A stretch of 59,582 nucleotides of DNA, filler included. It is 3 parts of 3 records of this genome, joined end to end, with 100 filler letters (N's around TTAATTAATTAA, not from the genome) between each part and the next. Parts side by side here need not be neighbours in the genome. Positions count along the whole stretch, not along the records: positions 1 to 29,793 come from SRR22947725_4813; 2 more parts are not named here. One strand, 5' to 3'. Both the position numbers and the translations under genes were made by a program. Under the pieces are notes generated by a model. It had not been told where the DNA came from, did no database searches, and saw nothing but the letters and a program-made list of their open reading frames with translations. Positions 11,096 to 21,791 of the stretch are shown here, piece after piece. Within the stretch, counting starts at the first letter, position 1; every line of letters begins with the position of its first letter.

Positions 11096-12373
11096 ATGCC
11101 ACTAGCCGAAAACCACAATGCCCCTCTTTCCGAGGTAGACCCAGAGATCGCAGCGGTGCTCCAGCAGGAGCTTGACCGCCAGCGCGGCACCCTGGAAATG
11201 ATCGCCAGCGAGAACTTTGTCTCTCGCGCAATTTTGCAGACCCAGGGGTCTGTCCTGACTAATAAGTACGCCGAAGGGTACCCGGGTAAGCGCTACTACG
11301 GTGGTTGCGAGGCAGTGGATGTGGCAGAGAACCTGGCGAGAGACCGCGCCAAGGAGCTATATGGCGCTGAACACGCAAATGTTCAGCCGCACTCGGGAGC
11401 AACCGCAAACGCTGCGCTGATGATGGCACTTGCGAAGCCCGGAGACAGAATTCTCGGCCTCAGCCTTGCCCACGGCGGTCACCTAACCCACGGTATGAAG
11501 CTCAACTTCTCAGGCCAGATGTATGAGGCTCACGCCTATGAGCTGCACCCGGAGACTTTTTTGATTGATATGGACATGGTCCGTGAGCGTGCTCTAGAGA
11601 CGAGGCCAGAGGTACTAATTGCGGGATGGTCCGCATATTCGCGACACCTCGACTTCGCGGCCTTTAGATCTATTGCTGACGAGGTCGGCGCGAAGCTTTG
11701 GGTCGACATGGCTCACTTCTCCGGTTTGGTCGCGGGCAAGGTGCACCCATCTCCGGTGCCCTATGCGGACGTGGTCTCCTCAACCGTTCACAAGACCCTC
11801 GCTGGCCCCAGGTCGGGCATGATTCTGTGCAAGCAGGAATGGGCAAAGAAGATTGACTCAGGCGTTTTCCCAGGACAGCAGGGCGGACCGCTGATGCACG
11901 TCATCGCCGGCAAGGCCGTTGCCTACAAGGCAGCAATGTCCCCTGCTTTCCAGGAGCAGCAGCAGAGAACGATTGACGGTGCCAGGGTCATCGCCGACAG
12001 GCTGATTCAGCCAGACATGAAGGCTGAGGGAGTTTCGGTTCTAACTGGCGGCACCGATGTCCACCTAGTTCTGGTTGATCTTCGCGATGCAGCCATCGAC
12101 GGCCAGAGCGCCGAGAACATCCTTCACGAGGCCGGCGTGACAGTGAACAAGAACTCCGTGCCCAACGACCCAAGGCCTCCCATGGTCACCTCCGGAATCC
12201 GCATCGGTACTGCCGCCCTGGCAACCCGTGGCTTCGGGGTCGAAGAATTCACCGAGGTTGGCGACATCATCGCCTCGGCTCTCAAGGTTGGTGCGGATCT
12301 TCCGAGCCTCAGGGCAAGAGTAAACAAGCTCACTGAGGCTTTCCCCCTCTACGAGGGCCTCGAGAACTGGTAA
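11096..12373 (+). CDS. glyA: Serine hydroxymethyltransferase
   Basis: [43 protein letters not shown] (PLP lysine). Confidence 0.98.
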   Translation: MPLAENHNAPLSEVDPEIAAVLQQELDRQRGTLEMIASENFVSRAILQTQGSVLTNKYAEGYPGKRYYGGCEAVDVAENLARDRAKELYGAEHANVQPHSGATANAALMMALAKPGDRILGLSLAHGGHLTHGMKLNFSGQMYEAHAYELHPETFLIDMDMVRERALETRPEVLIAGWSAYSRHLDFAAFRSIADEVGAKLWVDMAHFSGLVAGKVHPSPVPYADVVSSTVHKTLAGPRSGMILCKQEWAKKIDSGVFPGQQGGPLMHVIAGKAVAYKAAMSPAFQEQQQRTIDGARVIADRLIQPDMKAEGVSVLTGGTDVHLVLVDLRDAAIDGQSAENILHEAGVTVNKNSVPNDPRPPMVTSGIRIGTAALATRGFGVEEFTEVGDIIASALKVGADLPSLRARVNKLTEAFPLYEGLENW

Positions 12374-12377
12374 GTCC

Positions 12378-13232
12378 TTGACGGCAATCGCACTCGATGG
12401 ACTTGCTACCGCAGCCAAAATAAAGCGCGAGCTGTCATTAGAGGTTGAGAAACTTCGCGGTCAGGGAATCACTCCTGGCCTAGGCACTCTGCTGGTCGGA
12501 GATGACCCGGGTTCGCACTCTTACGTTGGCGGCAAACACCGAGACTGCGCAGAAGTTGGCATTGAGTCGATAAGAATTGACCTTCCCGCCTCAGCAACCG
12601 AGGCCGATGTGAGAGCAGCAATTAGCGATCTAAACTCAGCTTCCGAGGTCACCGGTTACATAGTCCAGCTCCCGCTTCCATTTGGCATGGGAGCAAATCA
12701 AATGCTTGAACTAATCGACCCCAAGAAGGACGCTGACGGTCTGCACCCTGAAAATCTGGGCAAGCTAGTAATGAATGCCACTGGCAAGTTTGACTCACCC
12801 CTTCCCTGCACGCCTAACGGAATCATCGAGCTACTGAGGCGGCACGGGGTTGAAACCAAAGGCGCCGAGGTTGCGGTGATTGGCAGGGGGCTTACCGTCG
12901 GTCGGCCACTTGGCTTGCTACTGAGTAATCGGGGCGTTGACGCCACTCCCACCCTCCTTCACAGCGCAAGTAATGATATTGCTGGAGCTGTTAGGCGCTC
13001 GGATATCGTGGTTGCGGCAATTGGCTCTCCACACTTTGTGAAGCCAGAGTGGGTTAAACCGGGAGCCGCAGTTTTGGATGTCGGCATTAGCCGCGTCGAT
13101 GGGAAGCTAGTTGGGGATGTGGATCCAGAGGTCGCTGAGGTTGCCGGCTACCTATCGCCAAACCCTGGAGGAGTGGGCCCCATGACCCGGGCAATGCTGC
13201 TAAAAAATGTCGTGGAGATGGCTAGGGCCTAG
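12378..13232 (+). CDS. folD: Methylene-THF dehydrogenase/cyclohydrolase
   Basis: [31 protein letters not shown]. Confidence 0.96.
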   Translation: MTAIALDGLATAAKIKRELSLEVEKLRGQGITPGLGTLLVGDDPGSHSYVGGKHRDCAEVGIESIRIDLPASATEADVRAAISDLNSASEVTGYIVQLPLPFGMGANQMLELIDPKKDADGLHPENLGKLVMNATGKFDSPLPCTPNGIIELLRRHGVETKGAEVAVIGRGLTVGRPLGLLLSNRGVDATPTLLHSASNDIAGAVRRSDIVVAAIGSPHFVKPEWVKPGAAVLDVGISRVDGKLVGDVDPEVAEVAGYLSPNPGGVGPMTRAMLLKNVVEMARA

Positions 13233-13729
13233 CCTTCTCCAAATCCCTCAAGAGCACTAAACCTTGGATCAATGGGGTCCTCGTGGGAGTGGGTGGGGTC
13301 CTCATCCATCCTTATGCCGCACCTCGCACACAACCCAGCACAGTCCTCACTGCAGAGCGGCTTGAGGGGAAGAGCTGGAACCACGGAGTCAATTAGTGCC
13401 TGCTCGAGATCGATGCGGTCTTGCTCGACTACGAAGTCATCCTCCTGCTCCGGCCGATACATAAAGAGCTCTTGAATTTCAACATCGACATCCTCGCTAA
13501 TTTCGTCCAGGCAGCGCGAGCAAATTCCGGTGGCGCTGGCAGTGAACTCGGCGGAGGCAAGGATCCCCTCGTGAACAGATTCAAGCCTTACCGGTATCGA
13601 GAGAGTGCTGCCGGCTGGAATACCCATGACGTCTGTGCCAATGGCCTCTGAAACGGTGTGCTCCAGCACAACCTCCTTCATGTTCCCGGGCTTGTTGATT
13701 AGCTCTTTGAGCTGAACAATCAGCGTCAC
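13229..13729 (-). CDS. DUF177/YceD family metal-binding protein
   Basis: CSRC...[14 protein letters not shown]...DPRFSAL; usual position after coaD. Confidence 0.88.
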   Translation of the reverse strand: MTLIVQLKELINKPGNMKEVVLEHTVSEAIGTDVMGIPAGSTLSIPVRLESVHEGILASAEFTASATGICSRCLDEISEDVDVEIQELFMYRPEQEDDFVVEQDRIDLEQALIDSVVPALPLKPLCSEDCAGLCARCGIRMDEDPTHSHEDPIDPRFSALEGFGEG

Positions 13730-14214
13730 TTGCCGAGCCTCTCGCTCAGCGCCTTGGCAACCGCACCTGGGACATGCGCCGAGACGTCTCCACCAAGGGC
13801 TGCAACCTCACGAACCAGTGAGGATGAGATGTGTGAGTAGGCGGGCTCTGTCGCAAAGAAGAAAGTCTCTATCCCCGACAGATCCCGGTTCATGTTTGCA
13901 AACTGCAGCTCATAGTCAAGATCCGCTGCTGTCCTTAGGCCTTTAATGATGGCGTTTGCTCCTAAGGAAACAGCATGCTCTGCAATTAGCCCACCCTCAA
14001 GCAACGAAACTCGAACCTTGCTCAGGCCAGCTTCTGCAAGGGAGTCTTGCCAGAGTTTTACTCGGTCAGCCCCTGAAAACATCGCGTTTTTGTTGGGATT
14101 GTGAACCACAACAATTTCCAGCTCGTCCATGACGCCAGCTGCCCTGCGCACAACCGATAGGTGTCCGAGGGTAGGGGGGTCAAATGAACCCGGGTAAATT
14201 GCCTTTTTTGCCAC
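13726..14214 (-). CDS. coaD: Phosphopantetheine adenylyltransferase
   Basis: YPGSFDPPTLGH, KGLR, ISSSLVRE. Confidence 0.96.
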   Translation of the reverse strand: MAKKAIYPGSFDPPTLGHLSVVRRAAGVMDELEIVVVHNPNKNAMFSGADRVKLWQDSLAEAGLSKVRVSLLEGGLIAEHAVSLGANAIIKGLRTAADLDYELQFANMNRDLSGIETFFFATEPAYSHISSSLVREVAALGGDVSAHVPGAVAKALSERLGK

Positions 14215-14244
14215 GATGCAAGGTTAGCTGCAATTGCCTCGAAG

Positions 14245-15069
14245 TTAGAACTGGCTTCTGATAGCCCAGAGATCTGGGAAGACGGGGTTGAATAACGTGG
14301 AGGCGAGGTAGCCAGCTCCGCTGGAGCCCCCGGTTCCCAGTTTCCTACCGATTGTTCTCTCAACCATCTTCACGTGGCGATAGCGCCACTCCTGAAGACC
14401 CTCGTCAAGATCAACCATGGCTTCGCCAACCATCGCAGCTTCGGGGTCGTTTCGGTGAATCGACACCAGCACCTCCTGGACTGCTTCGTTGGGCTGCCAC
14501 TGCTCAGAGATGTCTCTTGCCAGGGCCTCAGCTGGAAGAGCCTGCCTGCCATTGAAGTAGTGCATGGCAGAGTCCCAGAGCGATGTTCTCGACATCGCTG
14601 CCTCCACGCGCTCTCTGGCCGAGGACCCAGGTATCAGGTGCTCAGCCATGCCCATCCCGGTCTTTTTGTCCGCGTCTTGGCCAGCCTGGTCTCTTCTTCC
14701 AAGAACAGCTTCCAGCTCTCTGAATTGTGCGGACTGGAAACCGGAGGCGGAGCTGAGCCTGGCCCTAAAGGAGTTGAACTGCAGGGGAGTCATGGTCTCC
14801 AGGATGTCCAGCTGAGAGACGCAAGTTTTCATGATGGTTCGCATGCGACCAAGAAGTGCAAGGGAGCGGTGGCTATCTCCGGCCTCTAAAGCAACCTGCA
14901 ACGCCGCTGCCTCATGCAGTAGCTGCTTGAACCAAAGCTCATAGACCTGGTGGATGGTTATGAAAAGCAGCTCATCGTGCTCAGGGCCCTCGCTAAGTGG
15001 TTCTTGGAGCTCGAGTAGCTCATCTACCTTGAGATAGGAGATGTAGGTAACGTGTTTATCGTGAGTCAT
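14245..15069 (-). CDS. kynA: Tryptophan 2,3-dioxygenase
   Basis: HDELLFITIHQVYELWFK, SGFQSAQFR, WRYRH, GTGGSSGAGYL. Confidence 0.93.
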   Translation of the reverse strand: MTHDKHVTYISYLKVDELLELQEPLSEGPEHDELLFITIHQVYELWFKQLLHEAAALQVALEAGDSHRSLALLGRMRTIMKTCVSQLDILETMTPLQFNSFRARLSSASGFQSAQFRELEAVLGRRDQAGQDADKKTGMGMAEHLIPGSSARERVEAAMSRTSLWDSAMHYFNGRQALPAEALARDISEQWQPNEAVQEVLVSIHRNDPEAAMVGEAMVDLDEGLQEWRYRHVKMVERTIGRKLGTGGSSGAGYLASTLFNPVFPDLWAIRSQF

Positions 15070-15077
15070 TTTCTTCC

Positions 15078-16382
15078 TTAGGTAACCCGGTTGCCTTCCA
15101 TCGACACCTGCTTGTAGTCCCCAGATGCCACTAGATCTCGAAGCCGCCCAAAGCCCTCAAAGACCTCTTCAAAGCTCGTTGGGAGAGGAGATATCGCCAA
15201 CCGGATTGCCTCTGGCTCGCGGTAGTCGGGGATTACCTTCTTGAGTTTCCTTAGAGCCATGGCAATTTGCTTTGCATCTTTGTGCTTCAAGATGATGTGG
15301 CCGCCTCGCTTAGAGGGTTCCTCAGGTGTTGCGAGGGTGAATCCCAGTTCAGCGAGCAACTGCTCGCTGAGGGCAATCATCAGCTGGGTTCCCAAGGCGG
15401 CTTTGGCCTCAATGTTTGCAATGCCCGCCTCTCGAATCATTTCGAAGGCAACCTCGACACCTCTGATGCCAATGATTGAGGGCGAGGCGATCTGGAAGCG
15501 TCGGATTTCATCGCTGGGCTCAAAGAACGCACCCATCTCAAACTGCTTTTCCTGGGCGAACCAGCCTTGAATTGGCACTCTGAGCTGGGGTTGCAATTCC
15601 TTGCGTACATAGAGCCAAGCGGGGGAGCCAGGGCCCGAGTTCCCATACTTGTAGGTGCAGCCAACAGCCAAATCGACGCCGTTTTCATCTAGATCAAGCT
15701 GAATTGAGCCAACCGCGTGAGAGCAGTCCCAGACAACCAGGATCCCAAAGCTGCGAGCTAGCTCGGTGATGGCCTTGATGTCTTGTCTGCAGCCGGATCG
15801 GTAGTTGATGGCCTGCAGGGTGAGAAGTGCCACGTCCTCATCGAGGTGTGGCACGAGTAGCTCGGGCGTTATTAGTTCATAAGTCGAGTCAATTGAAATT
15901 GCCCCTGGCCCCCCAGAGCCGTCGGTGTCGAGGGTTATCAGCTCCAAGCCGAACTGCTCTTCTAAACCTGCCAGGACGTAGCGGTCGGTTGGAAAGTTGG
16001 AGGAGTCGATAATGACTTTCCTGCGACCGGGTCTTGCCTGAATCGCCGCTGCACAGAGTTGATAGAAGTTCACGCTTACCGTGTCGCAAACTAAAACCTG
16101 TCCCGCTGCCGCTCCGAGCGCAGCCTCACCGACCAGATCCCCTGCAGTCTGGGCCTGGTCAATCCAGTGACTCCAGCCGTCGACGAGCTCTTGACCCCAC
16201 TCGTTGGTCAGAAAGCTATTTACCTCTTCGATGGTCCGCTTCGGAAGCCGACCCAGCGAATTGCCGTCCAGGTAGCAAACATCGGGATCTGAGAAGTGAA
16301 AGAGGTTGCGAAAGCCAGCCAGCTTGTCTTCGCTGTCTAATTTGCGGACAAAATCGATGTCCAGCTGGGAGGGAAACTCCAT
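15078..16382 (-). CDS. kynU: Kynureninase
   Basis: YLDGNSLG, NFPTDRY, WDCSHAVG, GCTYKYGNSGPG, PDYREP. Confidence 0.93.
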   Translation of the reverse strand: MEFPSQLDIDFVRKLDSEDKLAGFRNLFHFSDPDVCYLDGNSLGRLPKRTIEEVNSFLTNEWGQELVDGWSHWIDQAQTAGDLVGEAALGAAAGQVLVCDTVSVNFYQLCAAAIQARPGRRKVIIDSSNFPTDRYVLAGLEEQFGLELITLDTDGSGGPGAISIDSTYELITPELLVPHLDEDVALLTLQAINYRSGCRQDIKAITELARSFGILVVWDCSHAVGSIQLDLDENGVDLAVGCTYKYGNSGPGSPAWLYVRKELQPQLRVPIQGWFAQEKQFEMGAFFEPSDEIRRFQIASPSIIGIRGVEVAFEMIREAGIANIEAKAALGTQLMIALSEQLLAELGFTLATPEEPSKRGGHIILKHKDAKQIAMALRKLKKVIPDYREPEAIRLAISPLPTSFEEVFEGFGRLRDLVASGDYKQVSMEGNRVT

Positions 16383-16395
16383 CCACTCACTCTAC

Positions 16396-18183
16396 TCAGA
16401 CTAAGAGCTGGTGTTTTGCCAGTTCCGCATACAGCGGTGTGCTCTTCACAAGCTCCGAGTGGGTGCCGACTCCAAGAATCCGGCCATGCTCCAACACGAT
16501 GATCTGATCTGAGTCAACGACCGTTGAGAGCCTGTGAGCAATTACGAGCAGCGTCCTGTCCTGAGCAACGGCGTCTATCGCTTCGCGCATGCGCTGCTCG
16601 TTAGGGCCATCAAGAGCGCTGGTGGACTCGTCAAGCAGCAGGATAGGAGGCTTAGCCAAGAGTGCGCGGGCAATAGCCAGGCGCTGCCTCTCGCCTCCTG
16701 AGAGCATGATGCCGTCTTCGCCAACCTGGGCATCAAGACCCTTGGTGTCTCGGCCCAAGACTTCCTTTAGATTCACCTGCCCCAGAACCTCTACCAGTTC
16801 CTCATCGGTGGCATCAGCCCGACCCAGCAACAGGTTGTCACGAATGGTGCCGGCTAGAACCGGTGCGTCCTGCTCGACATACCCAAGCTGTTCGCGCAGC
16901 GACTTTCGAGAGAACTCCGTTACGTCTTGTCCATCGAGCATTATCTTTCCGCCGGTCGGCTCATAGAAACGCTCGATCAGGGAGAAGACAGTGGACTTTC
17001 CGGCTCCTGAGGGTCCAACCAGTGCAACCCTTGAACCGCGCTCAACCTTGAAGCTAATTCCCTTGAGGATCGGTTGAGGCTCCTCATCTTCATCCTCTTG
17101 GTAGTGGAACTCGACGTTCTTGAACTCAATGGCGGACTTATTCTTTGCAAGCCTGTGATCACCGACTGGGGTCGGCTCCTCTTCGTCAAGCACCATGATT
17201 TCTTGAATCCTGGCCAGGGCGCCGAGGGCTCCCATGATTGAGGTGTAGGCACCAAAGGCTGAGATCAGTGGACCAACCATGAAAAACAGCAGGATTACGA
17301 AGGTCACCAGCGAGGCAATCGTGGTGGCGCCCGTTGCAACCCGCAGGCCGCCAAAACCAAGCACCACAATAAACGCGGTGTTGAAGGCTACCTGGGCTAT
17401 CGGAGCAACCGCTGCCGATAGCTTGGCAATTGAAAGCCCTTGGTCGTAGGCCTCCCTGGCGTCCTTATAGATTTCCTCGGTCTCTCGCTCTTCTGCTCGA
17501 GCAGCCCGAATTGTCCGGATTGCGCTAAGCGCTCTCTCAACCGCCGCCGACATCTGGCCAACCTTTTGCTGGGCCTTGGTGGTTGCGCGCCTGATCTTGC
17601 GGCCGGTGAAGCTGATCGCGAAGACGGCGGTGAAGACAACCAGAAGAGTCGAGCCAAGCAGTAATGGGTCAATAAAGGCCATGACGATGATTGCACCCAC
17701 AAACTGCAAGAGCCCGCCGAGAGCGTCGACCAGACCCTGCGTCAGCACGGACTTCAGGAGCGTCGAGTCGGATCCAACCCTGGAGACCAGGTCACCAATT
17801 CTTCTCTTGTCGTATTGCCAAATCGGCAGGCGGAGAAGTCTTGCGACCAGTGCTTTGCGGGTGTCGAGCACAACACCCTCGCCGGTCTTATAGAGAAGGT
17901 AATACTGGAAAGCATTTACGAGTGCGCTGGTAATCACCAACGCCACGATCGCGATCGCGAGATTGCCAAAGCCGATTGATTGCTCAACCGCGGTAATCAG
18001 CTGGCCTATGAGAAGCGGCTGCGCAAGTGCGAGAGCAGAGCCTAGAACCGAAAGTCCAAGGGCAAGTGCAAGTGCTTTGCGATGGGGCTTGAGGTAGGGG
18101 AAGAGGTCCTTGAGGGAAGACCGAGGACCCTTATATTCTCGCGAGCGGGGGTTCTGTGTCGGGTCTGAGTAGTACTCGCTCAC
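16396..18183 (-). CDS. ABC exporter, fused permease/ATPase
   Basis: TM domain; GPSGAGKS, LSGGE, LLLDES, AHRL. Confidence 0.92.
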   Translation of the reverse strand: MSEYYSDPTQNPRSREYKGPRSSLKDLFPYLKPHRKALALALGLSVLGSALALAQPLLIGQLITAVEQSIGFGNLAIAIVALVITSALVNAFQYYLLYKTGEGVVLDTRKALVARLLRLPIWQYDKRRIGDLVSRVGSDSTLLKSVLTQGLVDALGGLLQFVGAIIVMAFIDPLLLGSTLLVVFTAVFAISFTGRKIRRATTKAQQKVGQMSAAVERALSAIRTIRAARAEERETEEIYKDAREAYDQGLSIAKLSAAVAPIAQVAFNTAFIVVLGFGGLRVATGATTIASLVTFVILLFFMVGPLISAFGAYTSIMGALGALARIQEIMVLDEEEPTPVGDHRLAKNKSAIEFKNVEFHYQEDEDEEPQPILKGISFKVERGSRVALVGPSGAGKSTVFSLIERFYEPTGGKIMLDGQDVTEFSRKSLREQLGYVEQDAPVLAGTIRDNLLLGRADATDEELVEVLGQVNLKEVLGRDTKGLDAQVGEDGIMLSGGERQRLAIARALLAKPPILLLDESTSALDGPNEQRMREAIDAVAQDRTLLVIAHRLSTVVDSDQIIVLEHGRILGVGTHSELVKSTPLYAELAKHQLLV

Positions 18184-19035
18184 TTAGTCCTTGGCTCTCT
18201 CGTCATGGAACGGATCGTTGTAAATAGCCTCGTTAAGAAGGTAATTGATCTCTGTAAAGGCTAACGCTTGAGTGTATGCGGTTCTCTCTGAGAACCTGCT
18301 GAAATCTAACTCAGGCAGCGCTTTGGCAGCATTCTTGCTATTGACCCTGAGAAACATCATGGTGGTGTTCGGTTTTCTCTCGAAGCTCTCCAGCACCGTT
18401 CCGCAGCCATAGCCGAAGACCCTGATTGCGATATCTGCCTCCTTAGGCGAGCACTTTTGTATAAGCCTGTTGTCCGGCACCAAAACCTTCTCGCGAGGGG
18501 TTTCTTGCCGCTCCCAGATCTGGAAGCAGGTGCGCAGACCGTTTTTCTCGCGAATCGGATTGCCAGCATTGTCCTCATAGGAGACAAAGACATCGCTGTC
18601 GTGAATTAGGTGGAAGCGAAGGTCCAGGCGGTTCGTAACACTCCACTTGCGCCAGGAGCGCGGGACCAAAAAACATATGGTTTGGCTAAATTTGGCTGCA
18701 TGATTGAAAAATGGGATCGAGAGGGCATTATTTCTGCCAAAGGGCGGGTTTGTGAAGGTGACGAGGTTTCTCTGAGCAAAGTCGCTCTCTAGAAAATCTG
18801 CCTGTCTGATACTCGCGATGGCGGGGTAGCGATCAAGGGCAATCACCTCATGTGCCCCCGCGTCGCCCAGTGCCTCTACAAAACTTCCGTTGCCTGCTGC
18901 GGGTTCCAGAAAAGTGGTCTCGGATGCGGGCGGCAGATAGGGGAGTGCGGCTTCGACTAGCTCCGCTGCAAGCTTTCTTGGGGTGTAGAACTGCTCGGTG
19001 CCGGTGATGCGTCTATTGCCGAGTTTTTCCGCCAC
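18184..19035 (-). CDS. SAM-dependent N6-adenine (probably DNA) methyltransferase, gamma-type motif order
   Basis: QFYTP (motif X), FLEPAAGNGSF (motif I), TNPPFG (motif IV). Confidence 0.75.
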   Translation of the reverse strand: MAEKLGNRRITGTEQFYTPRKLAAELVEAALPYLPPASETTFLEPAAGNGSFVEALGDAGAHEVIALDRYPAIASIRQADFLESDFAQRNLVTFTNPPFGRNNALSIPFFNHAAKFSQTICFLVPRSWRKWSVTNRLDLRFHLIHDSDVFVSYEDNAGNPIREKNGLRTCFQIWERQETPREKVLVPDNRLIQKCSPKEADIAIRVFGYGCGTVLESFERKPNTTMMFLRVNSKNAAKALPELDFSRFSERTAYTQALAFTEINYLLNEAIYNDPFHDERAKD

Positions 19036-19129
19036 CTAGAAACGATATCAAGTTCCCATCAATTCGGTGGATTGTGGAAATTGCCAGTAATCTGGAGGGC
19101 TGCCTAGCGGCCGCAGATGGAGAAAAAGT

Positions 19130-20068
19130 TTGTTTGCCAAAGATTCAGAAGTAGTTATTCGCGCCAAGAATCTAACTAAGAAATACAAGGACTTTGTTGC
19201 CGTTGACGGCATTGATTTTGAGGTGAAGCGAGGAGAGTCCTTTGGCCTCCTAGGTCCAAACGGCGCGGGTAAGTCCACCACGATGAAGATGATCTCATCG
19301 GTTTCTCAGCGCACCGGTGGCGAGCTGACAATCCTTGGTAAAGAGCCAAACACCCATGGGCCTGAGATCCGTGCCCACCTAGGCGTCGTGCCTCAGAAGG
19401 ATCTGCTCGACCGTGAACTCAAAGCGTGGGAGAACCTCTTCACCTACGGCCGATACTTCGGGCTCTCTCGAAAATTTCTGAAGCAAAAAGTTGAGGAGCT
19501 TTTGGAGTTTGCTCAGCTAACCGAGAAGCGCAACTCAAAGGCAGATGATCTCTCTGGAGGCATGCAGCGCAGACTTGCGATTGCCAGGGGCCTTGTGAAT
19601 GAGCCTGAGATTTTGATGCTGGACGAACCCACCACTGGCCTTGACCCGCAGGCAAGGCACATCCTCTGGGACAGGCTCTTCAGGCTAAAGGAGCAGGGTG
19701 TCACGCTGGTAATAACCACCCACTACATGGACGAGGCCGAGCAGCTCTGCGATCGGCTAATCGTTATGGACAAGGGCAAGATCATGGCCGAGGGTTCACC
19801 CGCTGCGCTAATCAAGCAGTACTCCTCCAAGGAAGTTGTCGAGGTCCGGTTTGGTACCGACAAGAACGAGAAGTTCGCCCCGCAACTGGAAGAGCTAGCC
19901 GACCGCATTGAAGTGTTACCGGATCGAATTCTCCTCTACACCGAAAAGGGAGAGGAGCTGCTTACGAGGATTGTCGATGCAGGGCTGCACCCCATGACCT
20001 CACTTGTTCGCCGGAGTTCGCTCGAGGATGTCTTCCTAAGGCTCACCGGAAGGACTTTGGTCGAGTAG
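19130..20068 (+). CDS. ABC-2 type transporter ATPase (NodI/DrrA-like)
   Basis: GPNGAGKS, LSGGM, LDEPTTGLDP, THYMDEAE, LEDVFL. Confidence 0.92.
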   Translation: MFAKDSEVVIRAKNLTKKYKDFVAVDGIDFEVKRGESFGLLGPNGAGKSTTMKMISSVSQRTGGELTILGKEPNTHGPEIRAHLGVVPQKDLLDRELKAWENLFTYGRYFGLSRKFLKQKVEELLEFAQLTEKRNSKADDLSGGMQRRLAIARGLVNEPEILMLDEPTTGLDPQARHILWDRLFRLKEQGVTLVITTHYMDEAEQLCDRLIVMDKGKIMAEGSPAALIKQYSSKEVVEVRFGTDKNEKFAPQLEELADRIEVLPDRILLYTEKGEELLTRIVDAGLHPMTSLVRRSSLEDVFLRLTGRTLVE

Positions 20069-20898
20069 TGGCAGAGCTTTCCTATAAACCAGGCACCGCG
20101 GTCGACCCGAAGCGGGCCGTGCGCTGGGGTTCTCTGCGAGTAGCGGAATACCGGTTCTACTCGATGACCAAGTGGATGGGCGGCATTATTGCTTTCGGGT
20201 TGGGAAACCCGATTCTCTTTCTGCTGTCGGTGGGTCTTGGGATTGGTGCTCTGGTTGATGCCAACTCTGGCGGCGAGACTCTGGGAGTCAGCTACCTCCA
20301 GTTCGTAGCCCCTGCACTACTTGCCTCTGCCGCAATCCAGGGGGTCATGGACGAGGTGACCTTCCCAACTTTGGACGGATTTGTCTGGGACAAGCTCTTC
20401 TTCGCGATCAACGCAACCTCGGTTTCTGCGAGGCAGATAGCCAACGGCGTGATGATTGTCGCGCTCGGCAGGGGCCTTTTCACCACTTTGTTGTATTTGG
20501 GCATCCTGTTGCTATTTGGTGCTGTGCCTCTGGCCTCATTCTTCCCGCTGCTGTTCACCTCAATGCTCGCGGGCTGGGGCTGGGCAGCGCTCATGATGGC
20601 AATAACTGCGAGGCTCGAGAATGACGAGGGTTATTTTGCGGTCATAGGTCGATTCGTGATTGCCCCGATGTTTTTGTTCTCGGGCACCTTCTACCCACTG
20701 GAGCAGATGCCAATCTTCCTGCAGCCAATCGGCTGGATTCTGCCGCTCTGGCACTCCACGGAACTGGGTCGAACATTGAGCTATGACTACCCGATCGAGC
20801 CGAGCATGATTGCCCTTCACCTTGGCTACCTGACCCTGATGGGTGTGGTGGGGATGTTGCTGACCTATCCAAAGTTCGAAGAGAGGCTTTCTAGGTGA
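20068..20898 (+). CDS. ABC-2 type permease
   Basis: About 6 TM helices, YLQFVAPALL, PMFLFSGTFYP. Confidence 0.88.
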   Translation: MAELSYKPGTAVDPKRAVRWGSLRVAEYRFYSMTKWMGGIIAFGLGNPILFLLSVGLGIGALVDANSGGETLGVSYLQFVAPALLASAAIQGVMDEVTFPTLDGFVWDKLFFAINATSVSARQIANGVMIVALGRGLFTTLLYLGILLLFGAVPLASFFPLLFTSMLAGWGWAALMMAITARLENDEGYFAVIGRFVIAPMFLFSGTFYPLEQMPIFLQPIGWILPLWHSTELGRTLSYDYPIEPSMIALHLGYLTLMGVVGMLLTYPKFEERLSR

Positions 20899-21737
20899 TT
20901 ACACAACTAGTTGTCTCTCAGGCGGTTGCCATTCAGGAGCGCAGAAGCTCCAGGCCTGGCAGCTCTATCTACTCGGGCCGCGCATCAATGCTTTTGGAGA
21001 GAGGCTTCAGGGCTTTCAAGAGCTCTAACTGGATGGTCGTGCTCTCTGGGTTTGTGGAGCCGGTGCTATATCTGCTGGCATTCGGCTTTGGTATCGGCCA
21101 GCTCATCGGAAATCTAGAGGACGGTCTTGGTAGGCCGGTTAGCTACGCAGCCTTTATCGCACCGGCACTGCTTGCAACCAGTGCCATGAACGGAGCGGTC
21201 TATGACTCGACCTGGAACGTTTTCTTCAAGATGCACTTCGGCAAGATTTATCAGGTCATGCTCTCGAGTTCCTTAGGTCCCATGGATGTGGCCTTAGGGG
21301 AGATTGGCTGGGCGCTACTTAGGGGAGTCGCCTACTCGCTGGGATTCATGGCCATTGTTACCCCCCTTGGCCTAGTCACAAATGCCTGGGGTCTTCTAGC
21401 CATACCGGCAGCGAGCCTGATTGCCTTTGGATTTGCATCAATCGGCATGGCCATAACCAGTTACCTCAAGAGCTTCCAGCAGATGAACTGGGTCACCTTC
21501 TTTATGCTCCCGATGTTCCTATTCTCAGGAACCTTCTTCCCCGTGAGCGTCTACCCGCAGTGGATTCAGATGATTGTTCAGGCGCTGCCGCTCTGGCAGG
21601 GCGTGGAGTTAATTCGCTCGCTGATGCTGGGCATAGTGGACTGGTCTCTGCTCGGCCACGTCGCATACTTTTTGGTGATGATTGCCGGAGGCCTGTGGTT
21701 TACAACCGTCAGGCTGAAGGCGCTTTTTATGCGCTAA
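20895..21737 (+). CDS. ABC-2 type permease
   Basis: YAAFIAPALL, PMFLFSGTFFP; paralog of the preceding gene. Confidence 0.88.
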   Translation: MITQLVVSQAVAIQERRSSRPGSSIYSGRASMLLERGFRAFKSSNWMVVLSGFVEPVLYLLAFGFGIGQLIGNLEDGLGRPVSYAAFIAPALLATSAMNGAVYDSTWNVFFKMHFGKIYQVMLSSSLGPMDVALGEIGWALLRGVAYSLGFMAIVTPLGLVTNAWGLLAIPAASLIAFGFASIGMAITSYLKSFQQMNWVTFFMLPMFLFSGTFFPVSVYPQWIQMIVQALPLWQGVELIRSLMLGIVDWSLLGHVAYFLVMIAGGLWFTTVRLKALFMR

Positions 21738-21791
21738 CAGCTGGAGTACCCAAGCTGCCATCCCCTTGGCTTCAAAGGTATAGAGCGGGAC

